Shown here piece after piece: positions 22,179 through 30,504 of a stretch of DNA of 64,000 nt (positions within the stretch are counted from its first letter, which is position 1; the number at the start of each line of letters is the position of its first letter). The stretch comes from an uncultured virus (IMG/VR IMGVR_UViG_3300008267_000250) (taxonomy: Duplodnaviria > Heunggongvirae > Uroviricota > Caudoviricetes), in IMG/VR virus record IMGVR_UViG_3300008267_000250, positions 1 through 64,000 of that record, one strand, 5' to 3'. The translations under genes were made by a program, and so were the position numbers. The notes beneath the pieces were generated by a model that ran no database searches, had not been told where the DNA came from, and was given only the letters and a program-made list of their open reading frames with translations.

Positions 22179-23882
22179 ATGAGAATTTGTGTTGTTAGTT
22201 TGTTTACAAAAGAAATTGAACTAGAGTCAAGGTTATCAACTTTGAATAAAAAAAAGTATTGTGAAAAATACAATATAGATTATAAGTTTTTTTTGGGTAG
22301 GTTATCAAAAAGACACGCACAGTGGGACAAAATACAATGTTTAATACAATTGTTACCACATTATGATTATGTGGTGTGGATGGATAGTGATACGGTATTT
22401 AATAATTTTGATATATCACTTGTTGATTTTATAAGTGAAAATAAAGATTATGATTCGTTATTTTGCTCAGACGTATGTTATGAGGTAAATTCAAAACATC
22501 TTTTGGTAAACACTGGTGTTATGATATTCAAAAACACCGAGTGGTCGTCCGACTTATTAAATAAAGTCTGGAATAGTATAACTGACTACAATGTTGAAGC
22601 TTTAGATAAACACTCCTACGAAGGATTTCCACACGAACAAGGAAAAATGTGTGAGGAGTTGTTAAAAGAAGATGGTACCAAGTTTAAAATATTTCCACAT
22701 ACAACTTTTAATTGCCACCCAAATTCAAAAAATGATAAAACATTTATTGTCCATTATATGGGTAGTAGACAATCTACAACACATCTAAATGATTTTATAA
22801 AAAAAGTTGAACTAACAAATCAGAGACTAAATATTGAAAGTGATGAGGATGTAAATGTAATTGAACTTAATAAATATAAAATTTGTTTGGTTTCACATTT
22901 TACAGAAAATATTGAACATGTTGCGAATTACACAATTCAAAACAAACAAAAATATTGTGATAAACAAGGTTATAGTTTTAAATACCATAAAGGTAGGTTG
23001 AGTGATAGGCATCCTGGTTGGGACAAAATTAAATTATTAAAAGAAGTTTTGTTAACCGATGAGTTTGATTATGTCGTTTGGGTTGATAATGATGCTTGTA
23101 TAACAAACGAAGAAATGCGGTTTGATTTTATTTGTAATTTATATTCTGAATCAAATATCATTTTAGCGTCGGAAGATGATTCTAGAAATATTGAGTTTTT
23201 GAACCCAAGTAATGATTATAATAATTTACAAAATTTACGAATAATTAACACTGGTGTTATGATTTTAAAAAATAATCCTTGGGTTATTAATTTTTTAGAT
23301 GAGGTATGGGACACCAAAAGTAACACAAATAGAGGTGTTGATTATTCACATAAAAGTATAATAGGGAACAATTTTAATTATGATCAGTGGCCGTTTGAAC
23401 AAGGACCAATACATATCGTATTATCTAAAACTGACAGAAATCACTATAAGATTGTTAAAAGTGAAATATTAAACAAGTTTAAATCAAGTCACCAAAAAAA
23501 CAATTTTATTTGTCATTTTGTGGGACAAGGAAACGATTTGGAATCAATACGAAATTATATTGAAAGTCTCAAAGATGATACAAATATGATTCCAGTAAAA
23601 AATAATAAGTTGATTGAAAAATTCAAAGAGAATGAAACCAAAATTGAAATTACAATATTAACTGACAATGGAAACTATTTCATTAAATATATTTGGGATT
23701 ATCAAAAAACAGGACTTGAACATTTAAGTCACTCATTTAAAATTAAAAATGGTTTGGATGAGAGGGTTTTTGATTTAGATAGTAAAAAAACTGGTAAGTT
23801 CAAAATTGATTATTCTGACAAAACTGAAATATATCACACCTATAATTGGTTTGGTGAGGTTAGTTGGAATCAAATTGGTTAA
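22179..23882 (+). CDS. Two-domain GT34-like glycosyltransferase (GMA12/MNN10 galactosyl/mannosyl-transferase family)
   Basis: Two internal copies of NK..YC.K..Y...GRLS.RH..WDKI..L...DYVVW.D.D...NTGVMI.KN..W...VW...EQG...FI.H..G. Confidence 0.8.
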   Translation: MRICVVSLFTKEIELESRLSTLNKKKYCEKYNIDYKFFLGRLSKRHAQWDKIQCLIQLLPHYDYVVWMDSDTVFNNFDISLVDFISENKDYDSLFCSDVCYEVNSKHLLVNTGVMIFKNTEWSSDLLNKVWNSITDYNVEALDKHSYEGFPHEQGKMCEELLKEDGTKFKIFPHTTFNCHPNSKNDKTFIVHYMGSRQSTTHLNDFIKKVELTNQRLNIESDEDVNVIELNKYKICLVSHFTENIEHVANYTIQNKQKYCDKQGYSFKYHKGRLSDRHPGWDKIKLLKEVLLTDEFDYVVWVDNDACITNEEMRFDFICNLYSESNIILASEDDSRNIEFLNPSNDYNNLQNLRIINTGVMILKNNPWVINFLDEVWDTKSNTNRGVDYSHKSIIGNNFNYDQWPFEQGPIHIVLSKTDRNHYKIVKSEILNKFKSSHQKNNFICHFVGQGNDLESIRNYIESLKDDTNMIPVKNNKLIEKFKENETKIEITILTDNGNYFIKYIWDYQKTGLEHLSHSFKIKNGLDERVFDLDSKKTGKFKIDYSDKTEIYHTYNWFGEVSWNQIG

Positions 23883-23936
23883 AAAACACGAATAAAACAA
23901 ACTTTTGGTTATTTATAAAAGAAAGAAAAACACATA

Positions 23937-25568
23937 ATGGCGGATATTATATTAAGTAGTTGTTGTTATACACAAATAGTATATAGTGCCAGTTCGTGGT
24001 CGTTTGTCCCCACCCCTTTAACTTCTTTTGAAATTACGGGTGATACAAATATTATGGATGGTTGTTATACGATTGTAACCGGTGTAACGGCGGACGGTCC
24101 GTTTGTATTTGATGGTACCGCGACCCTATTAAGTACTGGGTGTACGGAACCATCTTGTGTTGAATTATGTTGTTATGAGAATATGTGTATTAACATACCA
24201 TTTAGTGCATATTCAGCATATACTGGTGATTATGTGTTAACTGGAACATATAACTCAAAACCGTATTGGACAGGTGGAACAAATCCTGGGTATTTGTTTT
24301 TTGATACAAACAAATGGTGTTTGAGTGACACTTTAGGTGGAACTGCGTTCTTTTTCGGTCCAAATCCAACAACATCGGATTGTCCGGACTTAGACCCAAC
24401 GGTTATGACAAACGGAAGTTGCCCAACACCTACACCAATACCTACTGACCCATGTTCGTTATTAGATTTTGATGTGTTATTGGAATGTGAAATTATTGTA
24501 CCAACACCTACACCAACACCTACACCAACTCCTACTCCGACGCCTACTCCAACTCCTACGGTTGATCCTTGTTCTGGGTTTACGGCTGACATTACAGTTG
24601 TGACTGGACCATTACCAACACCTACACCAACTCCAACTCCATCACCAACACCAACGGTAACGGTCATACCATCGGCAGACACTGTAACATTTATCATTGA
24701 TAGTGGTAATTTTGTTTGTTCACTTGTTAAAGAACTTATTGATTGTGAGGATGGTTCAATTTACTATATTGATAGTGAATTAAGTTATGGTGGTTTATCA
24801 TTATCGGCAGGAACAACATTCTTAGCGATATTACATGGAAATAATTCAGATCAAATCCAATGTGTGACTTATAATAGAGTAACGACCGCATCAACAAATA
24901 GAAATTTGGTGGAAATTTTGGACGTATATACAAGTGGATGTTCGGAATGTATAATCCTAACTCCAACACCTACACCAACACCTACACCAACTCCGACACC
25001 AACACCTACTCCGACACCAACACCAACATATGCTATGGGAACAGAATTTATATTTACATCATGTACAACAAATTCAATGATTATACAAACGGCGATACCA
25101 CCATTAAACATACAAATTGATGATATATTAAAAACATCTGGATCTTGTTATTCGTATGTGGGTAATTTTGTAAACTATATTGCACCTCCAGGTTACATTG
25201 TAACCAACGTGGATACATTTACAGCAACAACTGCGACCACATATACGACTTGTTTGGAATGTTTAACACCTGATCCGGAACCAACACCAACATATAGATT
25301 ATGGAAAGCAAAAGGTGAGTATTCTATATCTTGTCCTGTTTGTGAGTTAACAGATTTCGGAGGTGATGTACAATTCTATACTGATTATAGTGTGAGTACT
25401 TTAGATACCGGTATCTATTTATATGAAAATAGTTCACTTACAACACCATTCACTGTAACATACATTAAAGTATTACAAACGCAAAATATTAATCAAACTG
25501 AGAAAATATTTGAAGTGGATAGTATGGGTAAAATAACATTTAAATGTGACGTAAACGGAAATTGTTAA
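23937..25568 (+). CDS. Cys-rich putative virion protein with multiple Pro-Thr tracts
   Basis: At least four (PT)n tracts separate small Cys-containing modules; lies directly downstream of the GT pair; upstream TATTTAT motif. Confidence 0.7.
   Translation: MADIILSSCCYTQIVYSASSWSFVPTPLTSFEITGDTNIMDGCYTIVTGVTADGPFVFDGTATLLSTGCTEPSCVELCCYENMCINIPFSAYSAYTGDYVLTGTYNSKPYWTGGTNPGYLFFDTNKWCLSDTLGGTAFFFGPNPTTSDCPDLDPTVMTNGSCPTPTPIPTDPCSLLDFDVLLECEIIVPTPTPTPTPTPTPTPTPTPTVDPCSGFTADITVVTGPLPTPTPTPTPSPTPTVTVIPSADTVTFIIDSGNFVCSLVKELIDCEDGSIYYIDSELSYGGLSLSAGTTFLAILHGNNSDQIQCVTYNRVTTASTNRNLVEILDVYTSGCSECIILTPTPTPTPTPTPTPTPTPTPTPTYAMGTEFIFTSCTTNSMIIQTAIPPLNIQIDDILKTSGSCYSYVGNFVNYIAPPGYIVTNVDTFTATTATTYTTCLECLTPDPEPTPTYRLWKAKGEYSISCPVCELTDFGGDVQFYTDYSVSTLDTGIYLYENSSLTTPFTVTYIKVLQTQNINQTEKIFEVDSMGKITFKCDVNGNC
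24501..25027 (+). repeat. Three long (Pro-Thr)n-coding repeat tracts (about 24501-24560, 24615-24657 and 24960-25027)
   Basis: CCAACACCTACA/CCAACTCCGACA 6-nt periodicity. Confidence 0.9.
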
Positions 25569-25569
25569 A

Positions 25570-25857
25570 ATGGCAAATATAATAACTATTAATAGTATAA
25601 CATCGGGAACTTCACCATTTGACGTATGGGTTTGCGATACATGTTTTGGTACTTGTCAATATATTGATACATTCTCGGCAACATCCATACCATATAGTTT
25701 TGTTTTACCGGAAGTTTATGAAACATACCCAAACTACATTGTTAAAATTATTGACGATAACGGATGTGTTTTTTGTTATGAATTATCATCCTATAAAGAG
25801 TTTCAAGATGGTGATCTTTTTGAATTTATGGGTGGTGAACCATATGAATTTGAATAA
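25570..25857 (+). CDS. Small virion protein, paralog 3 of 3
   Basis: ITINSITSGTSPFDVWVCD.C...C...VKIIDDNGC...KEFQDGDLFEFM. Confidence 0.65.
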   Translation: MANIITINSITSGTSPFDVWVCDTCFGTCQYIDTFSATSIPYSFVLPEVYETYPNYIVKIIDDNGCVFCYELSSYKEFQDGDLFEFMGGEPYEFE

Positions 25858-25881
25858 TTAAATATATATAAATAAAAAGAA

Positions 25882-28548
25882 ATGGCTAGATTAACGGATA
25901 AAACCTTGGCACAATCCTCAGCGATTACACCAACAACATTAATACATATTGTAACCACCGCGGATACCTCACAAAATATGGCGGGATCGTCCTATAAAGC
26001 GGAACTACAACAACTAAGTTCAATTTTTGGTGCATCAACATTCACCGGAGGAACTGTAACCGGACCGACCACATTTACAAGTGGTATGAGTGCTAATACC
26101 ATAAGTGCAACAACTTATCAAAACTTACCAATAAGTGGATTAACTGCCGGTAATAACATTAACATAAGTGGTTCAAACGGTAATTTCACAATATCTTTCA
26201 CGGGAACAACTGGTGGTTCATTTACTGGGAATACATCGGCAACGTGTATAAATGACTTATATGTAAGTAATTTACACGGATGTTCACCAATAACAATTCA
26301 CGATAGTATACAATTTACTGGTTCAGTGGCTACCGGATTATTATCCTATGCTGAAGGTAGAGAAACTACGGCACATGGTGATTATTCACACGCTGAAGGT
26401 TATCAAACAACTTCATTTGGTTACGCTTCTCATACGGAAGGACGGGGTTCACAAACAGGAAAATATGGTGCCTACTTATGTGGACCCATAACTAGTGGTG
26501 TGGTTACTTTAGATTCTAGTTATGGGGATATAACGACATCATTTTCTTCAGGTGACACTGTAGTTATTGACGATAGAGATTTTAATTATGATATTGGGAA
26601 ATCAAACTTTACAGTATCGGCAGTGACCTTTTCCTCACCAAATACTATAATATATCTAAATCAAACAGGTACCACTTGTACCGGGAACGCAAAAGTAGGA
26701 AATCTAACCGGTATTTATAATTGGAATGGTGATCAAATAATAACAACAGATTATTCACATTCTAGAGGTATAAGTACAGTGACGCTTGGTTATGCCTCAA
26801 CTGCTTCCGGGTATTACTCAGTTGCTCTAGGTGATGTTTCAACAAGTTCTGGTTTTTATACTAAATCATATGGTACCAACTCACATACTGAGGGTAGACA
26901 AACCACTTCAGTTGGTGATGCATCACACGCTGAAGGATGGAATACGACCGCGTGGGGGACTTATTCTCATTCCGAGGGACAGTTAACAAAAGCGATAGGG
27001 TTACGTTCACATAGTGAAGGGTCAAGCACTACAGCGTTCGGTACTACCTCACATTCCGAAGGTATTAACACTAAAGCACTGGGTAATGCTTCACACTCCG
27101 AAGGTACTAGTACCACGGCATCTGGGGTTTATTCACACGCTGAAGGTATGGGTACAACCACCATAAATCAAAGTACTCATGCTGAAGGTTATAGTTCAGT
27201 GGCGGTGGGGTTTTCATCTCATGCGGAAGGACTATTCTCAAACGCAATTAGTTCTGGTTCACACGCAGAAGGTGGGTATTATGATGGTTTTGATTACTAT
27301 AGTGGTGGTACCACATTAGGTTACGCATCACATGCTGAAGGTGTTAGTACAACAGCAATAGGTATTCAATCACATGCTGAGGGCTCATACACAACAGCAT
27401 TAGGTAATGGTTCTCATGCTGAAGGAGCCCTCACAAAGGCATTAGGTAATGTGTCACATAGTGAAGGACAATTAACAACAGCGTTAGGTACTACCTCACA
27501 TTCCGAAGGGAGTAACACAAAAGCATTAGGTAATGGTTCTCATGCTGAAGGTTCATTCACAACCGCCAGTGGGACAACTTCACACGCTGAAGGTAATGAC
27601 ACAAAAGCATTAGGTAATGTGTCACATAGTGAAGGTGAATCAACAACGACAATAGGTATTCGTTCACACGCTGAAGGTTACGAGACTACAACAGTTGGAC
27701 AAAGTTCCCACGTTGAAGGAGGTTTTACGACTGCGTTTGGTGATTATTCTCACGCCGAAGGATACGGAACAGTAACAAATGGCGATTACCAACACGCACA
27801 AGGAATGTGGAACGTGACCGGTGACACAACACAAGGTGCGTTTATTTTAGGTAATGGTACAGATAATAACAATAGAAGTAATCTAATATTTGCGGCAGGA
27901 AATGAAGTTAAAATTTCTGGAAAAACAATAACAACAAATTTCCAAATGACATCTGGTGCAACAAACGGATACGTTTTAACGTCAGATGGTAATGGAAATG
28001 CCAGTTGGCAAACACCGACAGGAGGTGGAACATTTACCGGAGGAACAGTAAGTGGAACAACATCATTTACAAATGGTTTAAGTACAAATACAATATCGGC
28101 AACAACTTATCAGAATTTACCTGTAAGTGGGTTAACCGCAGGAACTAACATAGGTTTAGTTAATAATGACGGAAATTACACAATATCTGTTACCGGAATA
28201 ACATCACCTATTAATTCATATAACAACATCGGTTCAACCGGAACTTCATTTAACTGGAACGTTTCTGGTTTAAGTACAAACTATCAAGTTACATTAACGG
28301 CAAACACAACACTATCATTAACTGGTGTAAGGAATGGTGAGTACGGAACTTTAATTGTAACACAAGATGGTGTTGGTGGAAGAACATTAAGTTTAGGTAA
28401 TGTTAATGGTGGTAGTGGTACACATAGAGTCGCTAACGGAGGTGGTGGAACTATCATATTAACATCCAACGCAAGCGCAACTGATATTTTAACATTTACA
28501 TATAATGGTTCAGTAATGTATTGGACGGTCGGTAATGATTATTCTTAA
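25882..28548 (+). CDS. Tail fibre/adhesin B with YadA-head-like 14-aa repeats
   Basis: More than 20 SH[AST]EG..T.A.G repeats, IGNGT...RSN neck-like motif, GYVLTSDGNGNASW, and C-terminal LIVTQDG.G.RT...TDILTF.Y module. Confidence 0.75.
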   Translation: MARLTDKTLAQSSAITPTTLIHIVTTADTSQNMAGSSYKAELQQLSSIFGASTFTGGTVTGPTTFTSGMSANTISATTYQNLPISGLTAGNNINISGSNGNFTISFTGTTGGSFTGNTSATCINDLYVSNLHGCSPITIHDSIQFTGSVATGLLSYAEGRETTAHGDYSHAEGYQTTSFGYASHTEGRGSQTGKYGAYLCGPITSGVVTLDSSYGDITTSFSSGDTVVIDDRDFNYDIGKSNFTVSAVTFSSPNTIIYLNQTGTTCTGNAKVGNLTGIYNWNGDQIITTDYSHSRGISTVTLGYASTASGYYSVALGDVSTSSGFYTKSYGTNSHTEGRQTTSVGDASHAEGWNTTAWGTYSHSEGQLTKAIGLRSHSEGSSTTAFGTTSHSEGINTKALGNASHSEGTSTTASGVYSHAEGMGTTTINQSTHAEGYSSVAVGFSSHAEGLFSNAISSGSHAEGGYYDGFDYYSGGTTLGYASHAEGVSTTAIGIQSHAEGSYTTALGNGSHAEGALTKALGNVSHSEGQLTTALGTTSHSEGSNTKALGNGSHAEGSFTTASGTTSHAEGNDTKALGNVSHSEGESTTTIGIRSHAEGYETTTVGQSSHVEGGFTTAFGDYSHAEGYGTVTNGDYQHAQGMWNVTGDTTQGAFILGNGTDNNNRSNLIFAAGNEVKISGKTITTNFQMTSGATNGYVLTSDGNGNASWQTPTGGGTFTGGTVSGTTSFTNGLSTNTISATTYQNLPVSGLTAGTNIGLVNNDGNYTISVTGITSPINSYNNIGSTGTSFNWNVSGLSTNYQVTLTANTTLSLTGVRNGEYGTLIVTQDGVGGRTLSLGNVNGGSGTHRVANGGGGTIILTSNASATDILTFTYNGSVMYWTVGNDYS

Positions 28549-28558
28549 AAATTAATTT

Positions 28559-30283
28559 ATGAGTAGGCAACAATTTACATCAAGAAATAATATAGGACAA
28601 GTACTAACCATTCAAAAGAGTGGTTCAACATCTTCTTTTGACCCAGTAGTTGCGTTTAGTAGTGGATCAAGAAGGGTTTCTTGGAGACTGGATAATGGTT
28701 CTAATATTACTCAAACGGCAGGTATTTCATTAACTTATACTGGATTTACTTCAGACCCTGGAATACGGACCATTCAAATGAGAGGTAATAGTTTTAGGGG
28801 GTTAAATAATTTTACCTTAGATGACGACAATTTATTTGGTCATATTAATTTATCTGGATTAACTAGTTTAGCGAATAATACTACTATAGCACTAAATAAC
28901 AACATAAATTTAACCGGAATAACAAATCCATCTAGTAGTAATACGTTTCAAAATTACCGAATTGATTATTGTAATTTAATAGGAAATTTAGATTTAACAC
29001 CACTATCTGGATTAGGAGGTAATTTTAGGGTTAATAATAACTTAAATTTAACAGGAATAACCCATTCACCATCGTCAGGGGTTTTTACCAACTATGTTGC
29101 AAATAATTGTAACCTAACTGGAAATTTAGATTTAACATCATTATCTGGTTTAGGAGGTACTTTTAATGTTTACAGCAATAGTGGCTTAACTAATATTACA
29201 CACGCACCATCATCACAAAATTTTACAACATACCAAGCATATCTTTGTGACCTAACCGGAAATTTAGATTTAACACCATTATCCGGTTTAGGTGGCACTT
29301 TTCAAGTACAAGGACATAACAAATTAACAGGAATAACCCATTCACCATCATCGCAAATTTTTACACTTTATAATGTTAACACCTGTAATTTAACTGGAAA
29401 TCTAAATTTACCTTTTTCTGGATTGGGCGGTCAATTCCTAGTTCAAAATAATACCAACCTAACTGGAATAACACATACACCATCATCACGGAATTTTTCA
29501 AGTTATTACGCATTTTTTTGTAATCTAACCGGAAATTTGGATTTAACTCCATTATCCGGATTGGGTGGTGATTTTCAAGTTCTTGGTAATATAAATTTAA
29601 CTGGTATAACACATTCAATATCGTCACAAAATTTTTTTAAATACGAAGCAAATGGTTGTAACCTAACAGGAAATTTAGATTTAACACCATTATCTGGGTT
29701 AGGTGGTGACTTTAGGGTCTTTAGTAATAGTGGTTTAACAAGTATAACACATTCGGTATCATTAAGGAATTTTGGAGTTTATCAGGCACATAGTTGTAAT
29801 TTAACCGGAACATTGGATTTATCACTTTTAACAAGGTTAGGTGGTCCAACCAGTGCGATAGTTCAAGGTGTTGTAAGGTTACATTCAAATACAAATTTAA
29901 CAAATATTATTTTTCCAAATTCAAATCAATTTTTTAAAAATTCTCAAAATAATGAAGGTGGCGGTACTTTTGCATTACATAGTTGTAATCTAGATTATAT
30001 TGATTTTACACCATTATCTGGTGCAACATTATTATCTGGTACAACACAAGGAAATCCGAGAATATCTTTAAGAGATAATGGAATGTCTGCCGATACCGTA
30101 AATCACATATTAGTTGATTTTAGTGGAAATGCAACATATAACCCAACAGGATGGTCTAATATTAATTTAAATATTGGAGGAACAAATGAGGCACCAAACT
30201 ATAGTTCAGGTGGTTATGATGGGATTGCAGCAAGAAATTTTTTAACAGGTTCACCCTATAATTGGACAATAACACATTCATAA
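28559..30283 (+). CDS. Leucine-rich-repeat-like solenoid protein (46-aa repeats), putative receptor-binding protein
   Basis: CNLTGNLDLTPLSGLGG.F.V..N..LTGITHS.SS..F..Y.A.. repeated about 7 times. Confidence 0.7.
   Translation: MSRQQFTSRNNIGQVLTIQKSGSTSSFDPVVAFSSGSRRVSWRLDNGSNITQTAGISLTYTGFTSDPGIRTIQMRGNSFRGLNNFTLDDDNLFGHINLSGLTSLANNTTIALNNNINLTGITNPSSSNTFQNYRIDYCNLIGNLDLTPLSGLGGNFRVNNNLNLTGITHSPSSGVFTNYVANNCNLTGNLDLTSLSGLGGTFNVYSNSGLTNITHAPSSQNFTTYQAYLCDLTGNLDLTPLSGLGGTFQVQGHNKLTGITHSPSSQIFTLYNVNTCNLTGNLNLPFSGLGGQFLVQNNTNLTGITHTPSSRNFSSYYAFFCNLTGNLDLTPLSGLGGDFQVLGNINLTGITHSISSQNFFKYEANGCNLTGNLDLTPLSGLGGDFRVFSNSGLTSITHSVSLRNFGVYQAHSCNLTGTLDLSLLTRLGGPTSAIVQGVVRLHSNTNLTNIIFPNSNQFFKNSQNNEGGGTFALHSCNLDYIDFTPLSGATLLSGTTQGNPRISLRDNGMSADTVNHILVDFSGNATYNPTGWSNINLNIGGTNEAPNYSSGGYDGIAARNFLTGSPYNWTITHS
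28970..29830 (+). repeat. 138-nt tandem coding repeat
   Basis: Repeat-initiating TGT codons at 28970, 29108, 29246, 29384, 29519, 29657 and 29795 (spacing 138 nt, one unit 135 nt). Confidence 0.9.
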
Positions 30284-30504
30284 TGATTTGGAGACTAATA
30301 TATACAAATACAGAAGTTATTGATTTGTTTGAAACAAATGGAATAACCGCAACACCTCATCAAATTTTTGAAGGAAATACACAAGAAGAATGTTTTGATA
30401 AAATTGATGAATTAAAAATAACATATTACTACCCTTTGAATGAAAATGAAATATTATTATTCAGTGGAGGAACAAGAACAATAATTAATAAAGAAGAAAT
30501 TTAA
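30283..30504 (+). CDS. Small hypothetical protein (73 aa), possible fibre chaperone
   Basis: ATG at 30283 overlaps the upstream stop (TAATG) and its own stop is coupled to the next gene; preferred over the TTG start at 30262. Confidence 0.55.
   Translation: MIWRLIYTNTEVIDLFETNGITATPHQIFEGNTQEECFDKIDELKITYYYPLNENEILLFSGGTRTIINKEEI

Noticed and set aside
16795..25111. Minus-strand (GV)n and (WC)n ORFs at 16795-17031, 16862-17173, 24230-24697 and 24869-25111
   Set aside because: They are antisense shadows of the (PT)n-coding repeats.
26880..27780. 42-nt periodic repeats that superficially resemble a CRISPR array
   Set aside because: They are in-frame 14-aa coding repeats with synonymous variation; there is no constant repeat/unique spacer structure and no cas genes.
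28970..29830. Possible diversity-generating retroelement TR/VR pair
   Set aside because: Differences between repeats are not confined to adenines, all copies are in-frame in one gene, and there is no reverse transcriptase in the window.
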